Shown piece by piece: positions 1 through 10,153 of a stretch of DNA of 64,000 nucleotides (position 1 is its first letter; each line of letters starts with the position of its first letter). The translations under genes were made by a program, and so were the position numbers. Source of the DNA: Epithemia pelagica (Eukaryota > Protista > Bacillariophyta); the NCBI GenBank assembly GCA_946965045.2, contig OX337229.1:3968001-4032000 (forward strand). Direction: 5' to 3'. The notes below the pieces were generated by a model. The model was given only the letters and a program-made list of their open reading frames with translations, did not search any database and was not told where the DNA came from.

Positions 1-716
1 GGGGCAGCACAAGCAACAGAAGAAGGGGTATCACCTTCAGCCAGGTGGTTCTCGACCTCGGTACGCAAAGGGTAGATAGTTGCACGATGGTCCTCGATGG
101 TATGGACCTCGTGGATGTAGGCAACGTAGTTATCTAGGCGTACAACGTTAGGAGGCAGAGGGCAAGTCGTCGCGTTCACGACGTAGATGGTATTGTAGTA
201 TCCAGTTGGGCGCTCGAAGGTTAGGAAGCGGAGGTGGACAGTACGGATGGGGTTGCCCGAGAGGGCGGCAAAGATGAGGCGACGCCTCGGAGAGCGGTGA
301 AGTTGGTCGTTCAGACGGTCAATGTCTTCTTGGTCGACGATGTGGGTCACCGATTGGAACTGGCGTTCGATCTGGGTCTCCCCACGGATGATCTCGGGAT
401 CGAAGGTCGAACAAGTTGGTTGGCGGAAGTACTTGATATGATCAGCAATCAACCGGGTGGTACGACGGGATCGAGAAGGGACGAGCCGACGAGGCGGACT
501 CGGGGGCCGAAGCAACGGCGCAGGGATCGGAGCGTGAGGCTGGGTTGGAGTCTCGAATGGGTTGCTGTTGGAACTGTCGACGGAGATGTTGACCGATGTG
601 TTGGCTGCCTTCGGCGTCGGCACCAGTTCCTGCTGCACCAGGGTATCGGGCTGCCCGGGATGCAGGTTGGCTCGATAGATCTGTCGTACAGGAGTGATAA
701 TCTCGTTAGTATCCAT
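1..716 (-). CDS. ORF0 (extra ORF upstream of gag), copy A3, truncated by the window edge
   Basis: ATG at 716 (MDTNEII...), colinear with the 259-aa ORF at 53950-54729. Confidence 0.85.
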   Translation of the reverse strand, partial: MDTNEIITPVRQIYRANLHPGQPDTLVQQELVPTPKAANTSVNISVDSSNSNPFETPTQPHAPIPAPLLRPPSPPRRLVPSRSRRTTRLIADHIKYFRQPTCSTFDPEIIRGETQIERQFQSVTHIVDQEDIDRLNDQLHRSPRRRLIFAALSGNPIRTVHLRFLTFERPTGYYNTIYVVNATTCPLPPNVVRLDNYVAYIHEVHTIEDHRATIYPLRTEVENHLAEGDTPSSVACAA

Positions 717-738
717 GAAACCACAAGGAAATAAGCTT

Positions 739-752
739 TGAGACTGTTAATC
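739..752 (-). other. Primer-binding site GATTAACAGTCTCA of A3 (putative tRNA-Asn anticodon-arm complement)
   Basis: Directly abuts the LTR end; the same 14-mer occurs at 46699, 54752 and 63147. Confidence 0.75.
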
Positions 753-1535
753 TGTTACAATTCTTTCTGAATCGTAGGGACATTGATGCTCGGTAGAGCA
801 GACAATCAGGTAGGTCACCAACCGATACAAGCTTCTCAGGGTCAGAGAAGCAAGCAAGTCGAAGTCTATCAGAAGGATAGTCGGGACACAAAAGAGGATG
901 TGATAAATGGTGATATTGTTAGATTGTGTGTTGATTACTACGATAGGTCTACGTGAAATGTTCGGTCCTGCCAAGGGTCATGTATCATAGGTTCTTGGCG
1001 GCAACAGGTTTGGAATAGTTGGAGTTGATTCATGTGATGTATATGACATGTATATGTGGGCGGATAACATATACAGGGTCAACAGCTCTTGCTTTGGGTT
1101 GGCATAGTTGTTTTCATGGCGCGCAGCTTGTTGACAATTTGGAGATTGTGGGAATGGAAATATGGTCTCGCGTGATCGTGTGTCGTGCTTGGGATACTTA
1201 GACCGTTGGATCGGATAGATGCCGATAGCGCTCGGATGTCGCTTGGGCGCGCTCGATGATTTCGGGCGCGTACGCTTAGGGCGTTAGTACAGTGTCCGAG
1301 CAACGGCCAAATTTACGTCCGTTGTAATACCGCACGACCCAATTTAGTCTTGAGAGTGAGTTCGTCAATCTATTCTCACTTTTCATGATTTGCGAAGAAA
1401 TATAGGTCGATATAGCGCGAAGCTAGGAAACATAGCTCGAAGCTAGAGGGCATGATGCGATAGCACGAGGCTATGTGACATGGGGAATCGATGAGATGTA
1501 GAATCTAACCACCATAGACGGTGAGAATTCTAACA
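753..1535 (-). repeat. 5' LTR of A3 (783 bp, TG...CA)
   Basis: TGTTAG...GTAACA ends; matches the other family-A LTRs. Confidence 0.95.
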
Positions 1536-4500
1536 ATAATGACGGAACTTGTCACATTCATAGTGGACGACGATCCCGAGGAGGAACAGGACCCGAAAGA
1601 TTGGTTGTCACGTGCACTCCACGTCACCAACAAAGGAATAGAACAAATAGCAGGCAGATTACACGCCCGAATCAAATCAAATCGGAGTGGCAGAACGCAC
1701 AGAATCCAACACCATTTCAACACAAGACGAAGATACAGGGTGAGCTTCAGAATCATGGCAGCCGTCATCGCCATGTCAGCAGGAATGTCCAATGGAGCAC
1801 AACAAGTTGGAACCTTCGATACTGACTCACGGCTGGTCGGGATCGATAATCGATGCTCGGGATGCATCAGCCACAAACGATCCGATTTCCCGGGTGAATT
1901 GTTGGAATGTAAGAGAGCCATCAAGGGATTTGGAGGCTCAAGGACGTATAACGTATGGCAAGGAACCTTGCAGTGGGACTGGGATGACGACCAAGGAGTC
2001 CCACACAGAATGGTCATACCAAAAGCATACTACGTTCCCGATGGCAACGTGAGACTGCTGAGTCCACAACATTGGGCGCAATCAAGGCAAGGTGAGGACA
2101 AACGTGGAGGAGCAGGTTCAACAACAACTGCCCAACATGTCACCCTGTTCTGGAACAAGAGAGAGTGCAAACGCACAGTCCCATTGAACCGCAGCCAAAC
2201 CAACGTCGCCACGTTCGCGCTCTCAAATGGTTACGAATCGTACCATCGATACTGCCAAGAGACGAACACTGGGAACCAGGAAGACGATCGGGACCCAATC
2301 ATCATAGACGAGCTTCAAGTTGATGCGACAGCGGTCATATCGGACGACGAGGCATCAATCTACGATGACATGGGAAAGGAACGCTCGGATGAGCCAAACG
2401 AATGGCCAGAAGAAAACGAGCTAAACGACAAACCCCGTGAGTTCGATCTGAACGGAAAACAAACAACCGAGTTGGAGGAACCGGCTCCCAACATCATCAT
2501 AGATGAAGATGAAAGGTTGCCAACACCAACAGCGGAATTGCTTCAATGCCATTACGATTTTGGCCACTTACCTTTTACCAAACTCCAGAGAATGGCGAGG
2601 GATGGTGTCCTTCCCTCAAAGCTGGTAAAATGCAAGGTGCCAGTGTGCTCCGCATGTCAGTACGCTAGAGCGACCAAACGCCCATGGCGCTCACGCAATG
2701 TACGCGACCGCGAAGCGGAGCGACCAAACAACAGACCAGGAGCAGTGGTGTCAGTTGACCAAATGGAATCACCGACACCCGGTCTGGTAGCACAGATGAC
2801 TGGATTCATAACTAGAGAACGGTACAAGTATGCGACAGTCTATGTCGACCAAGCGACGGGACTGGGATTCGTCTACCTCCAGAAATCATCCAACGCGAAG
2901 GAAACACTCGAAGGAAAAAGAGCATTCGAGAGGTACGCGATGGCTAGAGGAGTAACGATAGCGGCATACCATGCGGACAATGGCATTTTTAAGGCCAAAG
3001 CATGGGTAGAAGCCTGCAACAATCAAAACCAACCACTGACCTTTGCAGGAGTTGGCGCACATCACACCAACGGCAAGGCAGAACGACGAATCAGAGAACT
3101 ACAGGACATGGCGAGAACCATGCTAATACACGCCAACAGGAGATGGCCAAACGCTATCACTGCTAATTTATGGCCGTACGCAATACGTCACGCCAATGAC
3201 TGTATAAATGCATCACCGAATATGCAACAACCCAACAAAATGTCTCCACTGCAGTTGTTTAGCAAAACACCAGTGAACATCAACAGGAAGCACTGGAAGC
3301 CATTCGGCTGCCCAGTCTACGTCCTGGACGAGGCATTACAAGGGAACAAGCCCTTCCACAAATGGAAGCATAGGGCCAAGGTCGGGATTTATCTTGGCCA
3401 ATCACCGATTCACAACCGGAACGTCGCCTTGGTCCTCAGCAGATTCACGGGGCATGTCAGCCCGCAGTTCCACGTGAAATTTGACAAGGCATTCGATTCC
3501 ACCAGACAGGAGAATCTGGAGTCCCACTGGCAGTACAAAACGCACTTTACCAGTGCACCAAGTAAAGCGAGCGTCCACCGTACACCAGAGCCAGAGGGAG
3601 AGACGAAGGGTCCACCAAAACAAAGGAACAAGAGAGTCAGGATCCACGAACCAAGTAACGATCCAGCCAATGATCCCCAAAGGGAGGATCGCACCAATGC
3701 GCAAACAAGTGATGACCCGCCAACGATCCCAACAGAGGACGGCCAAGAACCCAGCGAGGAAACCGGGACGCCGTACGCACAGGGTGAGGGCTCGGCTAGC
3801 CGACAACAACAACGAGAAACAAGTGGAAATGAGGGCCAGAGGGAGCACGGCGGTAGTACGCCCACTGAGTCAACTCCACCACAAAGATCAAGATTTGGCA
3901 GGATCGTCAAGCCCGTACAGAGGCTCATAGAAATCATGATGGCCGAAACGACGACCAACACCAAGAACAACAATCATACAGTAGACGGTGAATTGTTCTG
4001 TATGGAGACGATGTTCCCAACGGACGATTCCGATCTGCTTGGCGACCCATTCCATGCATTCAAAGCAGCGGCATCGGATCCTGATACCATGTACCATCAT
4101 GAAGCAATGAAGGAACCCGACGCGGAACGCTTCATGGATGGGATGCAACAGGAAATGGACCGATAATTCACTGACGGCAATTTCTCACTCATCCACCGCA
4201 GCAAAATACCAAAGGGAGAAAAGATATTCCCAGGAGTATGGCAGATGCGAAGGAAGAGAGACATCAAAACGAGGGAGATTAAGAAGCACAAAGCACGTCT
4301 CAACTTCGATGGATCCCGAATGGAAAAAGGGAAGCACTACGACCAAACGTATGCGCCAGTCGCATCGTGGGCATCCATCCGACTTGTCTTGGCGCTGGTA
4401 GCCGCCAACAACTGGCATACAACACAAATAGACTACGTCCTGGCGTACCCTCAAGCGCCTGTCGAACACGAAGTCTACATGGAAATCCCGCGAGGATACG

Positions 4501-5730
4501 AGCTCGCGGATGGGAAGGATAAGGGCGACTATGCGTTCAAACTCCACGCCAACCTATATGGCCAGAAGCAAGCAGGACGAGTATGGTATCAATACCTATC
4601 TAAACGGTTGGTCGGAGATGTGGGATTCACCAAGTCGCGCATCGATGAGTGTGTCTTCTACAAAGGGAACACCGTCTACGTGCTTTATACGGATGATTCC
4701 ATAATCACTGGACCAGACCAAGGGGAGATCAACCAAGTGATCAAGGAAATCCAAGACGCCGGGTTAAACATCACGGTTGAAGGAACAATCAAAGATTTCT
4801 TGGGAGTCAACATCGAAAAGCAAAAGGATGGGACCATCGAATTCACACAACCGCACCTAATTGACAAGGTGCTATCCGCACTGCGATTGGATGGAAAAAC
4901 GGAAAACGGTGAAACCAAAGGACGTTCCAGCGGCGTCATCAAAGCTCCTAAAGCGCCACACCGACTCGGCACCATTTGACAACCACTTCAACTATCGCTC
5001 AGTGGTGGGAATGCTAAATTACTTGGAAGCGGGATCACGAAGCGACATAGCCTACGCGACTCATCAATGCGCACGCTTTTGCTCGGACCCGCGCAAGGAA
5101 CATGGCGAAGCAGTCAAGTGGTTGGGTCGGTACCTGTTGGGGAGGCGACAAAAGGGGATGACGTTTAAGCCAGAACAGAGTGCAGGCTTGGAAGTATTCG
5201 TAGACGCCGATTTCGCGGGCAATTGGGACCAGAACGAACCGCACAACGATCGCGATACGGCGCGCTCGCGTCACGGGTACATCATCCGATACAAAGGGTG
5301 CCCAGTCGTGTGGAAATCACAACTACAGACAGAGATCGCCCTTAGCTCGACCGAGAGCGAATACACTGGATTGTCATATGCACTACGAGAAGCCATCCCA
5401 CTCATGGAAATACTGAAAGAAATGAAGGCGCATAGAATCGACATCGCGGACACAAGGGCTAAGTTACATTGCAAGGTATTCGAGGACAATAGCGGAGCGC
5501 TCGAGATGGCTCGAGTCCATAAGTTCCGCCCACGAACGAAACACCTCAACGTAAAGCTGCATCACTTCCGGAGTTATGTGGAGCGAGGGGACATCACTAT
5601 CCACGCGATCCCTACAACGGAGCAACTGAGCGATTACTTGACGAAACCCCTGTCCAAAGCGATGCTCGACCCATTGAGAACACAAGTCATGGGATGGACG
5701 ACCACAATTGTGCGCGAGAGGGAGTGTTAA
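1536..5730 (+). pseudogene. Copia pol of element C (protease GIDNRC, GAG-pre-integrase HYDFGH..CSAC, integrase core, RT, RNase H), disrupted
   Basis: Motifs YHADNGIF, NGKAERRIRELQ, YTDDSII, VFVDADFAG, ALSSTESEY. In-frame TAA at 4164-4166 and a frameshift near 4900. Confidence 0.9.
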
Positions 5731-5837
5731 AATAATAGCATTCTCGCCTCGCGTGCTCAACGGTCACAACGTATACGCGACACAATTTTGGGGACGTTTA
5801 CACGATCCCTAAAAGATCCAAACATTCTAGATCTTAA
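5725..5837 (+). repeat. 3' LTR of element C, left part (continues 9723-9784; about 175 bp in total)
   Basis: Begins TG right after the PPT; imperfect terminal inverted repeat TGTTAAAA/TTTTCACA. No second copy in the window to confirm. Confidence 0.6.
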
Positions 5838-6194
5838 CCCTTTCAGCCCGGCACTTTTTTTGGCCCGGTCACTGACAAATTTGTCATCAAAAATAGTTAA
5901 CAAAATTGCAATCCATTTAACAAAACACCACGTGAGTTATGACCAACAACTCGTGATTCAAAAAATGATGACAATATCATCAATTGCCAAAATTGAGATT
6001 TTGCAACGATCATATGTCAATGACTTCTCTGTTATCGGAGTACTGTTTGTTACCATAGATGCGTCTTAGTGTGTTCTATCGATGGGTGGTCGGACCATCA
6101 TGATCTGCCAGCTACTTGTTGAGTTTTGCTGTTTTTTCTGAAATTTCACACCACTCATTTTTGTACCCAGGCACCTCCATCGTCTCTTTCAACC

Positions 6195-8552
6195 ATGGAA
6201 AGTACCTCTGACGCCGCTGTCCGGCTCAACTATGACAATGACGATGCTAATGAAGAGGACGATGACGAAATTACAAGTCTGCACCGTGATGGCAAGGTCA
6301 AATTGGGGGATATTTCCAAGAACCGAAGCGAGAACCAATACATCGACAACCAAATCGCCTCCTCAGATCTTCACCTACATGATCCAAAGGCATGCCAACA
6401 AGCCTTCTTGGAGTCTGGTCCATTGGGACTATTCCTCCTCTTTATCCCTCCTCGGTTCATCGATCGGTTCATCTTCAAAGCAACGAAACAGGCCTTGGAA
6501 GAGAAGCAGAGTGGACAGAGAGCCAAAATTGTACTCACCACAAAAGCTCTTCGGTGTGTGTTGGGATTGGACATTGCAATGTCGCTCTGTAACTCTACAC
6601 AAATGAAGGAGTTGTGGAGTCAAAAGATGTTCTTGGGCTCTTCTGCTTTCTCTTCTACCATGTCGAGAGATACCTTTGTAGCCATTCGTGGTTCTCTTCG
6701 CATATACTCTCAGTCGATGGCAAAGAATCCTGACGACCCTCTGTGGTCAATGAGAGCTGCAAAGAGCCATATTCTTCGTAACTTTGCTTCAGTTGCTCAA
6801 CCCATTGGTCCTATTGCTCTCGACGAAGCAAGTTGCCCGACCAAAGCCAGGACCAGGGCTTCGACATACATCCCTTCGAAGCCCGACAAGTTTGCCATTC
6901 GATATTACGCTGTGGTGGGATGGACTTATACCTACACCTTTGGCCTTTGGGACAATGGTTCCGGCAGCACAGTCAATCAAACGCCTGCAGAACAGTTTTT
7001 GAAGTTGTTTGGCGAACTGACTTGTTCCTTCAACCAACTTTGTCAAGCAACAAAATCTCGTATCAGAAATGCTTGTCCTGTGGCAGTTGATTCTGCAAGT
7101 ATGTTGTGGGTTCTCATGCTTGGCTTATTGTATCGTGCACTCGTCTCTGCCAAGTCCACTCGTCCCAGAGAGAAGATCCCACCTACCATTGTGTACATGG
7201 ATAATTTTTACACAAGGCACTCTTTGGGACGAGCGATTGATGAGTTTACCGATGGGAACATCAAGATTACAGGCACTGTACGCCTAAATCTGGTGGACAA
7301 GATCAACAAAACGAATGTGACGAAGGCAATGAAGTATCTGGATGGAAAGCCTCGTGGTTCCTGGGTGTTAGTGAAGGCATTCAACGCCGTTGTGCATCCT
7401 GAAAAGGAAAAGCAAAAGCAAAAGGAAAAACAAAAAGAGTACTCCAAGACATTGCCACGCATGAAAGTTGGCTTTGAGGTGTCAGATATAGTGGAGATCG
7501 AGAAGGAATATGCCATAGCGGCAGATTGTTGTGGATACATTGTCTACTTAGACAAAAAACCAGTTGTCTTCTACACCAACGATCTTTTTGGAACTCCGTC
7601 CAAAACGTTGCTGTATGACAATGATGAGGAAGCTGTGGAGAAGGTGCATGGGTTGGCTACCCTCTGGCGATGGATTGGTCATTCAATGCACATCCGACAT
7701 GCATTCAAAGCACCAGCACCGGTTGTGGCCTACAACCTGTTCATGAACGGTGTAGATCGTGCAGATCAAATGAGAGCCACCAATGCATGTCGCAGAAAAG
7801 AATATCAGTTATCGCTCCAAGTATGGCACTTCCTTCAGGATCTCTGTATCCTGAATGCCTTCCAAGTCTATCTCAAGCTGCACCAAATGAAGCTCATTGA
7901 AGTCGAGGAGGGTAACGATGGGAAACAGTCAAATGCAATGAAACTTCGCGAGTTCAAGCGCCAACTTGCCTGCGCTCTTTGCTCTCCCTATGCAGAACTA
8001 TACCAACAGGGCAAAAGAACACCGAAATCAGGTCGTAAGAAGGGAACGCCACCGAGTAGTGGCTCTGTGCCGGCTTCCGCTGTCCGGTCAAGGGCAGGTG
8101 GATCAAGTTTGGGATCTGTTGAAGGGGACGATGATGAGACAGCAAACGCAGCAAAAAACCTCATCAAGTACGAGTCTGCATTGCATCATCACATTTTCAC
8201 GGTCAATCCTGACAAGAACAGTAAGAGGGGATCCAAACATCGTGGCGTCTGTCACCTTTGCCGGATCATGGGCGATACTGCAACGGCCAACCCGTTGACA
8301 GTTTATGGTTGTGTGCAGTGCCAGAAATGCTTCCATCCGGAGTGTTTCAGCCTGTATCACAACTATTACAATATAAAGAACTACAATGATGAATGTAAGA
8401 AGATTCATGATCGCTTGGACGAGTACCATTCGGAAAACCCCCACGTCTTAGACTGGAATGTGGAAGGATATGACACTCCAACCGAGAAACAGAAGGAGAA
8501 AGCACAGAAGGGAATTTGTGCCAAGGAAAACCAAGTCCGAAAATTCGGATAG
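6195..8552 (+). CDS. piggyBac DDD transposase with C-terminal Cys-rich domain
   Basis: Catalytic motifs IALDEAS, VYMDNFYT, MNGVDRADQ; C-terminal CHLC...CVQC..CFHPECF. First ATG at 6195. Confidence 0.93.
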   Translation: MESTSDAAVRLNYDNDDANEEDDDEITSLHRDGKVKLGDISKNRSENQYIDNQIASSDLHLHDPKACQQAFLESGPLGLFLLFIPPRFIDRFIFKATKQALEEKQSGQRAKIVLTTKALRCVLGLDIAMSLCNSTQMKELWSQKMFLGSSAFSSTMSRDTFVAIRGSLRIYSQSMAKNPDDPLWSMRAAKSHILRNFASVAQPIGPIALDEASCPTKARTRASTYIPSKPDKFAIRYYAVVGWTYTYTFGLWDNGSGSTVNQTPAEQFLKLFGELTCSFNQLCQATKSRIRNACPVAVDSASMLWVLMLGLLYRALVSAKSTRPREKIPPTIVYMDNFYTRHSLGRAIDEFTDGNIKITGTVRLNLVDKINKTNVTKAMKYLDGKPRGSWVLVKAFNAVVHPEKEKQKQKEKQKEYSKTLPRMKVGFEVSDIVEIEKEYAIAADCCGYIVYLDKKPVVFYTNDLFGTPSKTLLYDNDEEAVEKVHGLATLWRWIGHSMHIRHAFKAPAPVVAYNLFMNGVDRADQMRATNACRRKEYQLSLQVWHFLQDLCILNAFQVYLKLHQMKLIEVEEGNDGKQSNAMKLREFKRQLACALCSPYAELYQQGKRTPKSGRKKGTPPSSGSVPASAVRSRAGGSSLGSVEGDDDETANAAKNLIKYESALHHHIFTVNPDKNSKRGSKHRGVCHLCRIMGDTATANPLTVYGCVQCQKCFHPECFSLYHNYYNIKNYNDECKKIHDRLDEYHSENPHVLDWNVEGYDTPTEKQKEKAQKGICAKENQVRKFG

Positions 8553-8707
8553 ATGACCAAAGCTGCAAAAGCATCCACGAGCACTACATCAGCACCAATG
8601 AGCACTACATTCATGTATTGCAGCAAGTTCTAAAAAAAATCCATGTCGTACGAGTTTTTACATCTAAAAAGAAGATGAGAAGTCATTCTATAGTAAATAT
8701 GGTTACC

Positions 8708-9493
8708 TTATTCGTTGTCTGAAGAATCAGAGTAGTTGGCTGGTTGTTCATCTACCATCAAGCGGTCGTAGTCGTCGCCTTGCAATTCTCCAATAGAATG
8801 TCGAAATCCAGTATACTCGTTGTTTGGATCAGGGAACATATCATGAATAGATTCTTCCACGCATTCTGGAATCCGAACGCGATGTGATCGCCCGAGTTTG
8901 CCATACTTGGTAGCGGTGTATAGCTTGTACAAGTGGTGGCGAGTAGCCCTGTTACGATGGTTGTTTTTCTTTGACATTTCATCCCCTGCCTTCTGTAGGA
9001 GAACCTTGTATGTTTCTGCTTCGCAGGGACTGAGTCCACATTCGTCACAGATCTCGTCTGCATTGTGCGGAATAAATGGAGCTGCTTCGATCTCGGTCTT
9101 CACATCACCTTTCTTCTCTGCTTTTTTGTCTTTCTTCTTCTTCTGTGCGGTAATAGTCTGGCCTGCAGAAGCCGGTTTGGCATCGCTTTCTTGAGTGGTA
9201 GTCTTGCTGGAATCCAGATCGAGCACCTTGTTGTCTTCATCAATCATTTGTTGAACGTCGTGTTCAATAACTTTCTTGTTGATTTCGAGCAAATCAATTG
9301 GTTCTCCTTTCGCTTCTGCAGCAATAACCAATTTGTTGCCCAGAGGGCTAAGGAACAACGGAGAAGAGGCCGCCTTGCATTCCTTCTTGAAAACTTGTTC
9401 GTCTTCATCTTCTATGAACAAACATTTTGCTTCAGATTGTGGTGTGTTGTGTTTAAAGCGCTTGGACGGTTGCCGCTCTGTAGGGGACTCCAT
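8708..9493 (-). CDS. piggyBac accessory protein (261 aa) with a P2X7-ballast/PF20478-like C-terminal domain
   Basis: Intact ORF inside the TIRs. Motif CDECGLSPC...NRATRHHLYKLY...YGKLGRSHRVRIPECVEESIHDMFPDPNNEYTGF; basic NLS-like patches. The domain call is from recalled consensus. Confidence 0.8.
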   Translation of the reverse strand: MESPTERQPSKRFKHNTPQSEAKCLFIEDEDEQVFKKECKAASSPLFLSPLGNKLVIAAEAKGEPIDLLEINKKVIEHDVQQMIDEDNKVLDLDSSKTTTQESDAKPASAGQTITAQKKKKDKKAEKKGDVKTEIEAAPFIPHNADEICDECGLSPCEAETYKVLLQKAGDEMSKKNNHRNRATRHHLYKLYTATKYGKLGRSHRVRIPECVEESIHDMFPDPNNEYTGFRHSIGELQGDDYDRLMVDEQPANYSDSSDNE

Positions 9494-10153
9494 GGTGTCC
9501 AGAGGCAAGGGATGAGGACGAGGTGGATGAATGCAAACGAACAAAAAGGGGACGAGTCTTGGGTTGTTTGTCCCTATAGATTATACCAACGTGGAATGAC
9601 GTGGTTTGATATACCCATAGAGATACGCAAGATTTATGTTAAGTGAGTGGTACGGTCATCTTAAAATCAAAATGACTGACATATTTGTCAGAAAATGGGG
9701 TATGCCGGGCTGAAAGGGTTAACCATAATCTCTTTTGCCACCTGAGTCCAACTCATCTACTTGGGCCGTAGGAGAGTTTTCACAATACTCTATTTGCTAT
9801 TTTGACAGGAAAGATTTGTCACCCTGTGTGTGCATGCGCGTGCAGGGCGGGCTGGTTGGGCACACGCACGCTGCGTCCCATTTTCGCTCACCTTGTTTTT
9901 AAATGCACAATGCACGTGTACATTTTTGTCCAACTGATGACAACAAAGACGGGGAGAAAACCCCACGCTGCGAAACTTGTGAGAGGACTCAATCACCTCC
10001 ATCATAGGGAGGAGTACCTTTGCTGTTGAGATTTGAGATCGGTTGCCGAAAACGCACCGCCTGACCATCATAAGAGTTTTTAAGTCAAGTTCTTCTTGTC
10101 ATTCTCAGCAGGACCTTTATTGGTAATCTTCGCTTTTTTTAAGGGAAGGGACG

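Larger units (their letters stand above)
1..1535 (-). mobile_element. Ty1/copia (CoDi-like) LTR retrotransposon family A, copy A3: 5' LTR, PBS and ORF0; runs off the window start; inserted into element C
   Basis: Near-identical to 53950-55548 and 62484-63962. The minus-strand LTR starts TGTTAGAATTCTCACCG at 1535. It interrupts the open pol frame of element C, which resumes at 1536. Confidence 0.95.
5838..9718 (+). mobile_element. Complete piggyBac DNA transposon (3881 bp) with two convergent genes
   Basis: 16-bp perfect TIR CCCTTTCAGCCCGGCA at both ends; TTAA TSD at 5834-5837 and 9719-9722; internal inverted repeats at 5872-5886 and 9677-9691. Confidence 0.97.
1536..9784 (+). mobile_element. 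Degenerate Ty1/copia element C (3' part: PR-IN-RT-RH plus a 3' LTR split by piggyBac)
   Basis: Copia domain order. PPT GAGAGGGAG is followed by TGTTAAAA at 5725. Likely LTR end GTTTTCACA at 9784. gag lies beyond the A3 insertion. Confidence 0.85.

Noticed and set aside
234-734. 166-aa ORF repeated at 54247-54747 and 63165-63665
   Set aside because: Antisense shadow of ORF0. It recurs only because the DNA is near-identical, and ORF0 is the frame conserved with family B.
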